Source of the DNA: Histomonas meleagridis 2922-C6/04-290x
Taxonomy: Eukaryota; Protista; Parabasalia
Assembly (NCBI GenBank): GCA_020184695.1
Contig: JAANOX010000243.1
Coordinates: 682,001-746,000 of the forward strand
Direction of reading: 5' to 3'
Length of the DNA stretch: 64,000 nt
The position numbers and the translations under genes are program-made. Numbering within the stretch: the stretch's first letter is position 1; the number at the start of each line of letters is the position of its first letter. Of this stretch, positions 1 to 10,940 are shown piece after piece. The notes under the pieces are model-generated. The model was not told the origin of the DNA. It did no database searches and saw only the letters and a program-made list of their open reading frames with translations.

Positions 1-59
1 TTAAAATACACTTCTTCATTAAAAATGATTTGTCAGACAAAAAAAAATCAAAAAACGAA

Positions 60-131
60 TTCTCCCGGGAGGAATCGAACCTCCGTCCCGGGATTCAAAG
101 TCCCATGTGCTAACCATTACACTACGGGAGA
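60..131 (-). tRNA. tRNA-Gln (anticodon TTG)
   Basis: The reverse complement folds as a cloverleaf: acceptor TCTCCCG/CGGGAGA, D arm TAGTGTAATGGTTAGCA, anticodon arm TGGGA-CTTTGAA-TCCCG, T arm GGAGG-TTCGATT-CCTCC. A T-run (Pol III terminator) follows on the minus strand. Confidence 0.95.
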
Positions 132-212
132 GAATTCGAGAAACTCAATATATTTAAAAATTTGATATTATATTTATTGTCTCGATAGACGTTTAAATAT
201 TGTTAAATTAAA

Positions 213-3200
213 ATGGAATTTAATCAAATTTGGAAAACTCAACTTAATAATATAACAATAAATCCAGATGTATATTCTATTTGTTTCAAACGTGATGGAA
301 GTCAAATTATTGCAGCTTGTGCGAATGATCTATATTTTTTAGATCCAAAAACAGGAAATATTATTGACCAACGACGATCTCATCAAGCAACTATTTACTG
401 TGTTAGATGCTCATATGATGGATCTTTTTTTGCATCTTCAAGTTCAGATGGGACAGTTGTTATTTGGCGCTCTTTAAACAATGAATCTTTTGCAACTCAT
501 GGCTCCAACGGTGCAACTAAAAATCTTGCTTGGTGCCCTACTAAGCCACTATTAATTTCATCCTCTTCCAAGGAATACAACATCTGGAATCCTGATGATC
601 CACGTACCACACTAATTAAAACCAAGGAACACATTCAATCTATTACATTTTTGCCAAGTGGTGAATCCTTTATCATTTCTTATCAAAATGGTGTTATCAA
701 TGTTGTTTCATTAGAAAAACAAGAAATTTTACAAACATTTACATACTCCACAATTGTTACCAATGTTTATTCTACACTAATAAATGACAATGAAATCATA
801 TTAACATCTGATTTAGATTGTCGTATTTCAATGTATCGATCCACTGATCAAGCATTAATTGGTAAGAATTCACTTTCCTTTGAGTCTTTATGTTCTATAT
901 TCATCAAAGGCGAATCGAATTATTTTGGATTTTCAGGCGTTTCTGGTAAATTTACACTTTTCACGTCAACGTTATCATATCTTTGTGATTTCCAAATTGA
1001 TTCTGATTGGGTTTGGGATATGGATGTTGATCATAATGGATGTGTTGCTATTGCCACACGTGAAGGTTTTGTTGAACTACGAAACATTAATTTTCTTCTT
1101 GGGTTTTCTAATTATGACAAATATGTCTCATATAAAACGAGTATTAACTCAATGATTTTTGATAACATTGAAACAGAAGAAAAAGAAAATTTAACATTTA
1201 ATAAGGTCATTTTATCATTATCAATGTCATCACAATATTTATTAATACATTTTAAAGATTCATTAAATGTTTATAAATATATTAATACGGAAGATAATAA
1301 AATCATGAAAATATCTGAAGTTGGTGGAACATTTGAGAATTCATTAATATGTTTAACGAATGAATATATAATATATTCGATTAATTCACAAATGAATGTA
1401 ATAAATTTAAATGGAAATTTTGTTTGTCAATTTGAGTTTAATAATAAAATAAATTATTTAACAAACGTAACATCAATTAATGATTGTGTTTTAGTCTCAT
1501 GTGAAGATGGATGTATTTATTTCTCAATCATTAATCAAGATGAACCAATTCTTTTATATCAACATGAATTTCCTATTAAGTTTACATCGAAACAAGAATT
1601 ATTAATTTCATTAATTGATGATCATAATAAATGTATAGTATTAAATAGTTTTACTAAGGAAATAATTAAAGAAATGGAAAACATTTATAGTTTCGCTTTT
1701 TCTGATAGAGTTAATGAGTTATATGTAACAAGTAATAAAAATACGATTTCAATACATTATAAAAATTATAAACCAAAAGAAATATTTGTCGAAGGTACAA
1801 TTCTTACATTAATAAAAAATAAAATTGTTCTTTCGAATAAAGGATCAATTGAAATAATCGAAATCGAATTACCTTTAGAAGAAATTATCCAAAATAAAGA
1901 TTGGAATAGTATTAATGATTTAATTATGATTAATCCTTCTAATAAACAATGGGATTATATTACTAAAGAATCATTAAAACAAAAGAATTTCGAAATCGCC
2001 AAAATGTCCGCTCCTTATACCAATGAAAGTTTTTCATTTTTTACATATGAAATTGCGCCAAATATTAATCCAACGAAATATGACATTGAATTATATAAAT
2101 TTTTAGGCGAAGAATTAAAACAACCAAATAATAACAACAAGAAAAACAATGAAAAAAAGGCAAATGAACTTGAAGAAGTTGGAATTAATGAAGAAGCATT
2201 AACAATATATGCGAATAATGAACAATGGGATGAAGTATTACGATTAGCTCAAGAAAAACATCTTGAGCGAAACATTATTAATTATAATTTCCCTAAAGAA
2301 TATTGTAGTAAAGCAGCCGATGTATTACTTAAAGCCGGACTTAATGATGGCGCGATTCGTATATTAAAGAAGAGTAATGACATCGAAGCGATTGCTAAAG
2401 CGCGTGTATACTTAGGGCAATGGAATGAAGCCATTAGTTTATCAAGACTTTATTCATCTGTATATAATATTATATATCCGAAATTCGGGCAATTATTATT
2501 CGAATCAGGAAAATTGTTTGAATCATTAATCTGTTTCTTTATACCAAATGATTATGAAGAACGTGAGAAAACATTACGCACATTAAAGGATACATATTCT
2601 AACACGTTTTCAAGTGAGAAATTATCATTTATTGAATTTATGTTAGGACTAAATAACAATGAAAAATATTGGATTTATCATAGTATATCAATTTGTTATT
2701 ATGCGATTCATCGATTACAACAATATTTAATGACGCCTTTAAGTAACAATGAACTTATTGATATATTTCGACTTTCATATTATGTAATTGCATGTATTAA
2801 AATATATCCGATTCAAGGAATTCATATCGAAGATATATTATTACAAATGTTAACATCTTCGGCAGCTTTAGGATTAAAACGTTGGATTGCATTCGCATTA
2901 AAAGAATTAAGTTCGTATAACATCGATGAGTCTTCATCACGTATAGCTAAACAAGCAGTTAGGTTTAACAAAGAAGTAAAAAGTAATGACAAATTAATTG
3001 CCTGTAATTGTCCACGATGTGGAAAAGATTTTTATTCTACATCGAAATATCCGTTGTTAATATGTGGTAATTGTGGAATGAGAATAACTTTTAGTATGTA
3101 TTCGTGTAAGCCAATTCCTTTAATACCAATCGAATATAAAGGAGATAAAAATATTTCGGAATTAATTCATATGCAACCATTAAATGAATTAAACGAAATA

Positions 3201-3518
3201 CCAAATGTCGATGGAGTAACTGAGGATTACTTAATGAATACACCTGAGGATATGTTCGTAATACAAAAACTAAAAGATAAAGCAGAAGTGGATAAAAGAT
3301 TTTATTTTAATAAGGAACAAATAGAAATTAGAGTTTGTGCAGTATGCGGTACTATAATGAATCAATTGGATTATGAAAATACAGCACTGGAAAATGAATG
3401 CTGCCCAATGTGCCACACAACAGATATCGATGAATATGAAAATATAGACGAATTGCCTAAATCAGATATACTTGAAATGCTTCGATCTTTCGAAAAAGAT
3501 AGTCCTGTATCATTTTGA
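213..3518 (+). CDS. IFT122: Intraflagellar transport protein 122 homolog (WD40 propellers, TPR-like solenoid, C-terminal CxxC zinc sites)
   Basis: N-terminal WD40 'SHQATIYCVRCSYDGSFFASSSSDGTVVIW' resembles IFT122. 1101 aa, with CPRC/CGNC and CAVC/CPMC motifs at the C-terminus. Confidence 0.8.
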   Translation: MEFNQIWKTQLNNITINPDVYSICFKRDGSQIIAACANDLYFLDPKTGNIIDQRRSHQATIYCVRCSYDGSFFASSSSDGTVVIWRSLNNESFATHGSNGATKNLAWCPTKPLLISSSSKEYNIWNPDDPRTTLIKTKEHIQSITFLPSGESFIISYQNGVINVVSLEKQEILQTFTYSTIVTNVYSTLINDNEIILTSDLDCRISMYRSTDQALIGKNSLSFESLCSIFIKGESNYFGFSGVSGKFTLFTSTLSYLCDFQIDSDWVWDMDVDHNGCVAIATREGFVELRNINFLLGFSNYDKYVSYKTSINSMIFDNIETEEKENLTFNKVILSLSMSSQYLLIHFKDSLNVYKYINTEDNKIMKISEVGGTFENSLICLTNEYIIYSINSQMNVINLNGNFVCQFEFNNKINYLTNVTSINDCVLVSCEDGCIYFSIINQDEPILLYQHEFPIKFTSKQELLISLIDDHNKCIVLNSFTKEIIKEMENIYSFAFSDRVNELYVTSNKNTISIHYKNYKPKEIFVEGTILTLIKNKIVLSNKGSIEIIEIELPLEEIIQNKDWNSINDLIMINPSNKQWDYITKESLKQKNFEIAKMSAPYTNESFSFFTYEIAPNINPTKYDIELYKFLGEELKQPNNNNKKNNEKKANELEEVGINEEALTIYANNEQWDEVLRLAQEKHLERNIINYNFPKEYCSKAADVLLKAGLNDGAIRILKKSNDIEAIAKARVYLGQWNEAISLSRLYSSVYNIIYPKFGQLLFESGKLFESLICFFIPNDYEEREKTLRTLKDTYSNTFSSEKLSFIEFMLGLNNNEKYWIYHSISICYYAIHRLQQYLMTPLSNNELIDIFRLSYYVIACIKIYPIQGIHIEDILLQMLTSSAALGLKRWIAFALKELSSYNIDESSSRIAKQAVRFNKEVKSNDKLIACNCPRCGKDFYSTSKYPLLICGNCGMRITFSMYSCKPIPLIPIEYKGDKNISELIHMQPLNELNEIPNVDGVTEDYLMNTPEDMFVIQKLKDKAEVDKRFYFNKEQIEIRVCAVCGTIMNQLDYENTALENECCPMCHTTDIDEYENIDELPKSDILEMLRSFEKDSPVSF

Positions 3519-3665
3519 TTAATAAGTAAAATGTTTTTATTGAAAATAATTTTTAATATTCGGAGAAAATAATTATTTCTAATTTTTTTTCTTAAGAATT
3601 CCAAAGATATAATAAAAAAGTTTATTGAAGAAGACGTTTAATGTTAATGTACGTTAAAGTTAAAC

Positions 3666-3977
3666 ATGTGGAGATTTGTGGAAGAGGGGCCAAGACTAAA
3701 GTTTCCTTTGAGAATTTCCCCATTTATGACAGCAGATCCTATGTACTATGATGTTTCTATTTTAGAACCAATAGAATTTCAAAGAGGTTCAATTTACCCA
3801 AATTTCGAAAGTCATTCGTCTTTCTCTTATTCAACAAACACTAACAATAATACAAACTTAGATAATTCAAGTTTTGATCTCTCAAATACAAGTGTTATAA
3901 AATCAATGAATCATTCAATATCATCATCAAGTAACTGTGTACGCAAAAGCTCAAGTTCATGTACAACTTTAAATTAG
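3666..3977 (+). CDS. Small Ser/Asn-rich hypothetical protein
   Basis: ATG-initiated 103-aa ORF; no recognisable domain. Confidence 0.35.
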   Translation: MWRFVEEGPRLKFPLRISPFMTADPMYYDVSILEPIEFQRGSIYPNFESHSSFSYSTNTNNNTNLDNSSFDLSNTSVIKSMNHSISSSSNCVRKSSSSCTTLN

Positions 3978-4222
3978 AAAGATATTGTTTGCAGTAAAAA
4001 TGGTTTTGTTTTTATTTTTGTGATCGTGGTCAATCAATTAATTGATTTTTTTTTTTTTTTGGAAATGTTTGTGAAAGTTTTCATTTCCGTTCCTATAGAT
4101 TTTATAAAAAAATCAAAGGTTTTGATTTGTTTTCTTTCTTCTTTCTGTTTTAGGGGATTACTGTTTGTAAGTTTCTATATTATTTTATTAATTATTGTTT
4201 TCTCGAAGTTAACAAATCCTAG

Positions 4223-6670
4223 GAATCCGAGGAATTATTTGATAAAAGCTTTCCTTATACGTATAAAACTTTAATTTGTAACTTACTTTATTATGGCTTT
4301 TATTCACAAAACTACGAAATAGATACTTGCTTAGAATTCTTAGCAATTCTTCAAACAAAAGTAGAAAAAATTAACAAAGAAGTTAACTCCAAAATTTTTG
4401 AAATTTTTAGCAAAAGCGTATCTAAAATTGATTCACAAGAAGCATATTATATAATAAACAAAATGATTGAACAGAATTTAGCAGATAAAAGTATTATTAA
4501 AAATATTCAATCAAAATATTTTGCACACTATAAAACTGAAGAGGAAAACAAAAAAAGAAATTATAATGATCCATTAGAAAAATATTTCTTTGATAATTAT
4601 GATAAACTTTCAAAGAATGATTGGGAACTTCATAAGCAATACGTCACAGAAGGAGTTAATCCAAATGAAATTGCGAAAATAATTCGAAATGATGAAATCG
4701 AAAAATTTCAAGAAATTTCATCACAAAATGATTTTAATTTTAATCAAACAATTGAGCCATCACTTTATGAAAGAAGTTCATTTATTAATAAAGATAATGT
4801 TACATTAATTGATTATGCAGCATTTTTTTTCTTCAATTAAATGTTTTAAATATTTACTTATGAATGGTGCAAAATTAGATAACACGGGTAAATATGCAGT
4901 TGCAGGTGGAAATCTTGAAATAGTTCATTTATGTGAACAAAATAATTCATCATTTAAAGATACACTTGAAGCAATTGAATTTCACCGAAACAATATTTTT
5001 AGTTATATATTTGATAATAAAATTGAACAAAATAAACTTATAGAATTAGGAAAGAATTGGAAATTTGTTCCTTATAATATATTTTTTGGAAAAACACTCA
5101 ATTCCAAAAAATATTTTAGTTTTTTCATCAGAATCAGGAGACGTTGAACTTGTGAAATATATTTTAAACCTAAAAAGAGTTAACATCAATGCAAAAAACA
5201 TTTATTTATTTTATTTAAAATTTGTTGTTATGATTTGGAAATTCAAAATAATGTTTGGAATTCATTGATATTATTTAAAACTGCTCTTATGTTAGCATCT
5301 GAAAATGGTCATATAGAAGTTGTGAGACTACTTCTTGAGCAAGGAAGAATTGATGTTAATGCTAAAGATATTGATATGTTTTATTCATATTTTATATAAA
5401 TATTTTGCTATTTCAATTTAATATTTGGAAATTATTTATGTTATTTAATACAGCGCTTATGTTAGCATCTTATAATGGTTATATAGAAATCGTTAAATTA
5501 CTTCTTGAAAGAAAAGGTATTGATGTTAATAATAAAAATGTTTGCGTGTTTTATTTAGAATTTATTTTAATTCTTTGATATTTAAAAACAACATTTGGAA
5601 ATTATTTGTATCCTTTGAAAATGCATTTATTTCAGCAACTAAAAAAAAGACAGAAATAGTTAAATTCTTTCTTAAACATAAAGGAATTGATATTAATACA
5701 GAAAATATTTATATGTCTTATTTAAAATTTCTTATAATAATTTTCATAAAAATATTTGTAATTTATTTCAATTATTCGAGGCAGCTTTTATTATAGCATC
5801 TAAAAGTGGTAAAATAGATTCTATGAAATTATTTCTTGAACAAGAAAAAATTAATGTTAATGTTAAAGATATTGAAACGTTTTATTCAGAATTTACTAAA
5901 ATAATTTGATATTTCAAAATTATATTTGGAAATTGTTTGAAATATTTTATACAGCACTTATTTGGGCAACCATATTTGATCACATAGAAATAGTTAAATT
6001 ACTTCTTCAACAAGAAGGTATTGATATTAATGCTAAAACTATAAATTTATTATATTTAAAATTTATTTTAATAATTTTGGATTTCATAGTAATATTTGGA
6101 AATTATCAAAAACATTTAATACAGCACTTTTGCATGCATCTGAAAAAGGTCATATAGAAATAGTTAAATTACTTCTTGAACAAGAAGGAATTGATATTAA
6201 TGCTAAAGATATTTATTTGTTTTATTTATAATTTATACTTCAAAATAATATTTGGAAATTATTTAAATTATTTAAAACAGCACTTATAGTTGCTTCGAAA
6301 AAGGGTAATACAGAAATAGTTAAATTACTTCTTGAACAAGAAGGAATTGATATTAATGCTAAAGATATTTGTCTGTTTTATATAATATTTATTTTAATTA
6401 TTTAAAGTTTTATAATGGTTTTTGATAATTATTAAAAATATTTAATACAGCTATTTATGTAGCATGTAAAAAAGTGAACATAAATATAATGAAATTGCTT
6501 TCAGTCCAAAATGGGATTGATATTGAAAATAGAGATATTTATCTATTTTAATTATTTCAGCACTTCTGGGGGCGGTTTTTAGAAATCATTCATATCAAGA
6601 ATCATATAAAATACTTCAACAATTGTTGGAAGAATTCCAGGATTTTGAATCGAAGTTGAATAAACATTAA
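4223..6670 (+). pseudogene. DUF3447-ankyrin repeat gene, locus 1. The N-terminal half is frameshifted; 9 ankyrin modules are separated by non-coding spacers.
   Basis: 'IAKIIRNDEIEKFQEISSQ...TLIDYAAFF' is DUF3447-like and paralogous to 25767..26567 and 46398..47687. There is one extra T in the run at 4823-4830 versus the paralogue and a second break near 5060. Modules TAL..A..NG..EIVKLLLEQEGIDINAKD start at 5280, 5450, 5620, 5781, 5951, 6121, 6277, 6447 and 6557; stop at 6668-6670. Confidence 0.85.
5200..6556 (+). repeat. Tandem ~170-nt array: 90-nt ankyrin module plus T-rich spacer
   Basis: Spacer lengths counted by hand: 80, 80, 80, 74, 80, 80, 66, 80, 20 nt. Confidence 0.9.
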
Positions 6671-7102
6671 AATTTATTAATATAATAAATATTAAGACAT
6701 TAGAAAAATGGAAACTCAATATAATTATATACCATTTAAAAAATATAATGTTCAACATATATGATGTGCTATATTTTTTAATCAAACCTAGAATATCAAA
6801 TTATTAATTAGAGTTCTCATGTAGGGACAAGCCGGTCAACCTGCAGTCTCATTCAATGCAATATGTGTAAACATTTTTTTGTACTTTTTTATATGAAATT
6901 TTTCTATATAATATATTTTATAATGTCATTTTATTTTTGAATAATTAATTCTAGAAAATCAAGATGAAATTCTTAAGTGAAATAACATTATTTAAATTTG
7001 ACCTAAAAATATCTGAAAATTAAGTTTGTAAAGTTATAACATTATAATATTTATCATAATGCATTAATTACATATCATCAAAAACATTAAAGTTCATACG
7101 TT

Positions 7103-9700
7103 ATGAATTTTTCGATATCTTTTATATCACGTACGTTTAAAATATTCCCAATAATGCCAGCCAAGGCCCCAGCACCAAAAATGGAAGGCTTCCTCATGAA
7201 AAAGGGTTGGTTTAACAACTGGAAAATGAGGTATGTCACTTGTTCTGATCAAGTTTTGATTATATATAAAACCAAAGGAGATGAAAAAACAGGTCATGCA
7301 TTTAATGTAATTGATTGCGACGTTAAAAGAATAGACGCAAAAAGATGGAATAGGAAATTTGTTTTTAGACTTAAATTTGGAAACAAACGCTTATATCTAG
7401 CAGCAGAAGATGAAAATTCATTGATCAAGTGGACGAATTCAATTCGTGGTAAAGTTCAGCGAGCATCATTACTTGGAGCTAATGCGATGCGTTGCATTCA
7501 AAATGAAAAGAAAAGACCTTCGACAATGGCATCTTTATCAAGAGCTGATTGTAACCAACTTGTGGCTTTTCAAACCAAAGAATTCGAAAATTCGTTGACT
7601 TCTGTTATAAAATCCAGAGATGACCCTGAAGCTCAATTTAAGTTTGCTGAAGTTTGTGGTGAATTTCTTGCTTTAGCTCACACAAGAGGACAAGGCTTGT
7701 TTGATAGTGACACAATCAAAGAAATCAGCGGTATGAACGTTGTTAAACTTACTTACAAGCAAAGGAAGAATTATCTCAAAAGAATGAAAATTATTCAATT
7801 CCTTCAAACAAAGCATTTGGATAACGTTTACTTCCCATTACAATGTTTGATTGATTACGGTGGGAAAAGTCTTTTCTTTGAGACGAAAATTGATGGTAAT
7901 GAAAGTTTATCACCTGAAAATGTTCAAATTCTTTCTTCCCTTGGTCTTGATCCATCCAAAACCAAAGCTATTCAAGATAGAGATGGTAAGTTATGGATTC
8001 TTGACGCTAAAACCAAAGTAAAAAGGGCAAGTAAAGATTCTGTCAAATCATTTATCAAAGAACTTGATTCAATGCAGTTATTTGTTTTTGATTCTCAATC
8101 CCTTACTGAACAAATGAGATCTCATAACATCCCTGTTTCGAAATTACCATTACTAGCTGAAATGTCCATGATTCCTTCAATTAGAGTTCTTCTTCAAATT
8201 GAAATGATTGCTCGTACATGCAAGCAGATCATTAGCGAAAAACTTTCAGAGGTAGAATCCACTGAATGGACCACCCAAATCATCAATTTCTATAACCTCA
8301 TTCTCGGCAACGACGATAGCGCTGTCACTTTTTGGGAAGGAACGTTAACTCCAAGAATTCAAGAAAAGTTTGGAGTCGAAATTACTCGACAACTTCCATT
8401 ATTACACTTACCACAACTTTTCTTTTCTCTTCAATTCCATACTGGAGCTGATTTTAAAGATGTTTCAACATATGATTTCACTGAACCCAAACCAATACAT
8501 TTCGATAGTTTAACTTCATATAACTCTGTTCCTCATCATTTCTTAATAGAAATATGTTCTTCTATTCGTGGACTTAATAATGAAACATATAAACTTCTTG
8601 AAAATGGTTTTTATGATGAAGCTATGTTATCTCTTAATAACTCTGTTTCACTATTCCAAAGTATTTATGGAGACGAAAGTATTTTTGTTGCATCTGGATT
8701 ATCATTATTATCACAAGCATATCTTGGACTCGGTGATACGAAGAAAGCTAACGTATGTGCACGTGGAGCTATAGGTGCTGGACGACATTTTCATGCAGGG
8801 CTTATTCCAGCATATTTAACATTAATTTCGACATGTCCATCTGAAGAAATAGAAACATACATGAACACTGCGTTAGAAATAGTCAAGTTCCAACTTGGCG
8901 AATTACATTGGTTTACAGCTGATATATTAATGAGTTCTGCAAGTGCATTTCAAGAATCTGGTGATTTTACCAAAGCGGCCAATTATTCCCAACAAGCCCT
9001 TAAGATATGTCATCCACTACTTGGTGCTGGCCATCCTAAGACAGCCCAGTGCACATTATTGCAAGGGAAAATCCAGCGCTCCATGCGGCAGTTTGCATCG
9101 GCGCAACCGTTAATCGAGCAATCACTTTATTCGATGACAGCAGCATTTGGCAATGATTCACCACAAGTTGCAGAATGTTTATTTGAGCTTTCTGATGTGT
9201 TAATTGATTCTGGGCGAACACTTGAAGCTGAAGAACATTCACTTAAATCACTTTCTATTCGTATGAAACATTTTAGTAATGAAAGTCCACTAATAATCGA
9301 ATGTAATCAACAACTTGCATTAATTAATGACTCACTTGGACGCACTGAAAAAGCGTTTTCATATTATCGAACACTTTTAAGCTACTTAAAGAACATCGAA
9401 GACGAATCGTCGTTCGATGGAATTGTTAAAGTGATTCGAAACATGTTATGTCTCTACTTTAGGAATTGTAGCACAGCAGAGAAACCAGTAATACATCAAA
9501 TTAGAAGAAAGAAGGTCGAACAGGAGCTGATGAAAGACGCACTGCAAAAGATGTTGGACGGTGACCCAATTACTTTGGTAACCGAGAAATTGAGACATTA
9601 CCTCCAAACTGGAGAAACATGCGACTTCGAAATGTTGGCTGCTATTTATCACATAGCAATCGACGATATAAAGGAGTTGAATTGGCTCGAAGAACATTGA
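7103..9700 (+). CDS. PH domain + CLU-central-like domain + TPR repeats (Clu/eIF3-p135-like architecture)
   Basis: PH motif 'MEGFLMKKGWFNNWKMRYV...W'; 'QIEMIARTCKQII' resembles the CLU central domain; C-terminal TPRs 'GAGHPKTAQC', 'GNDSPQVAEC'. The true start may be MPAKAP, about 50 nt downstream. Confidence 0.65.
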   Translation: MNFSISFISRTFKIFPIMPAKAPAPKMEGFLMKKGWFNNWKMRYVTCSDQVLIIYKTKGDEKTGHAFNVIDCDVKRIDAKRWNRKFVFRLKFGNKRLYLAAEDENSLIKWTNSIRGKVQRASLLGANAMRCIQNEKKRPSTMASLSRADCNQLVAFQTKEFENSLTSVIKSRDDPEAQFKFAEVCGEFLALAHTRGQGLFDSDTIKEISGMNVVKLTYKQRKNYLKRMKIIQFLQTKHLDNVYFPLQCLIDYGGKSLFFETKIDGNESLSPENVQILSSLGLDPSKTKAIQDRDGKLWILDAKTKVKRASKDSVKSFIKELDSMQLFVFDSQSLTEQMRSHNIPVSKLPLLAEMSMIPSIRVLLQIEMIARTCKQIISEKLSEVESTEWTTQIINFYNLILGNDDSAVTFWEGTLTPRIQEKFGVEITRQLPLLHLPQLFFSLQFHTGADFKDVSTYDFTEPKPIHFDSLTSYNSVPHHFLIEICSSIRGLNNETYKLLENGFYDEAMLSLNNSVSLFQSIYGDESIFVASGLSLLSQAYLGLGDTKKANVCARGAIGAGRHFHAGLIPAYLTLISTCPSEEIETYMNTALEIVKFQLGELHWFTADILMSSASAFQESGDFTKAANYSQQALKICHPLLGAGHPKTAQCTLLQGKIQRSMRQFASAQPLIEQSLYSMTAAFGNDSPQVAECLFELSDVLIDSGRTLEAEEHSLKSLSIRMKHFSNESPLIIECNQQLALINDSLGRTEKAFSYYRTLLSYLKNIEDESSFDGIVKVIRNMLCLYFRNCSTAEKPVIHQIRRKKVEQELMKDALQKMLDGDPITLVTEKLRHYLQTGETCDFEMLAAIYHIAIDDIKELNWLEEH

Positions 9701-10199
9701 TTTGATAAATGTGAATTTTTGTATTTTTTGGATGTTATTAAAATTGGATTTTTTGATAATGAATTATTTAGAAGAAAATATTTAACATGTTATAAATTCA
9801 CTCTGATAAAATCTTTTTTAAGTTATGTTTGTTCTGTAAATTTGGAGAAAAAGTTGAATTTGTATTTATTTCGTTTTCTTTTTGAACTTGCATTAAAATC
9901 CAGATCTTAAAAAAAATTATCTATGATTCGTTCTTAAATTTCACTTTATATTATTATTTTAAAAAAAAAAAAATCTTTTATCCTCCTCTGAATCATTAAC
10001 ATTACTGTTAGTTTCGAAACTGACTGGAATAATGATAACATGATATTTTTCTTATGTGACATTTTCTCCTTTCTTCACAAAGAATTTAATTATAAAGCAT
10101 TTTAAAACATTTCGAGAAATATTTTATTTTTATTCAAGAAACATAATGCTTAGCAAAGTTACTATTTTACTTATTTTCAATTGCGAGTGCATAATATTT

Positions 10200-10430
10200 C
10201 GCCTATTTTGAATTCAAAATAAAACAAATAAATATCTTTACCATTGATGTTAATTCCTTTCTGTTCAAGAAGTAATTTAACTATTTCTGTGTAACCATTT
10301 GTAGATGCAATTATAAGTACTATATAAAATATTTTTTATAATATCCAAATATTATTTTGAAATTTTACATTATTAAAATAAATACCTAATAAAACAAATA
10401 AATATCTTTAATATGAACATCAATTATCAC
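10200..10430 (-). pseudogene. Degenerate relic of the same ankyrin module/spacer array (locus 5)
   Basis: The minus strand reads IDVHIKD, an 80-nt spacer (10324-10403), IVLIIASTNGYTEIVKLLLEQKGI, then the start of a second spacer (gatatttatttgttttatt). Confidence 0.7.
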
Positions 10431-10940
10431 AATTTGAAATTGTCAATTCTAATTCCCATACAAAATAAAAATTCATATAAATTTTATTGATTCATTGAAT
10501 AATGGATTTTCTAAATTTGAATATGTAATCTAAAGACAAAATAGGCTCACATTTAAGTTACTGAAGTTTTTTACTTAAAATCCTAATGCAAGACTATATA
10601 TTTTGCGATATATTAATCTCTTTTCTTGGACGAAATGATTGTCTCTACAGAAAAGAAAGTGTTTTTGATAATTTCATGTTTAACCTCTAGGAGGAATAAA
10701 ACTTTATCTAATTAAACGTAACTTTTATAACTGTAATATTTTATACACTTCTTTCCTAACTTATTTAAATTAACAATTTCTTCTTAATAAAAATATTATA
10801 CCGATTAAATGTAATAACTGTTTCATATAATGAATGAATTCATATTTCACTGTGCGATCTAAGTACAGATCCTGAAGTTACATTTGATAAAAACACTTAT
10901 TCCAATAATAATAAAACAATTTTTTATTATCAAAATATAT

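Noticed and set aside
859-1155. Numerous short overlapping or antisense ORFs in the track (e.g. 859..1155, 14675..15055, 21503..21967, 48252..48647, 53269..53742)
   Set aside because: They are shadows of confident genes on another frame or strand and have no independent features.
5200-6556. Spacers as ordinary GT-AG introns using GTTTTA at nt 9 and the ACAG in ACA-GCA
   Set aside because: The GT is absent in many spacers, there is no ACTAAC branch motif, and that splice (ATT TAT TT + CA CTT) leaves the ankyrin frame shifted by one base.
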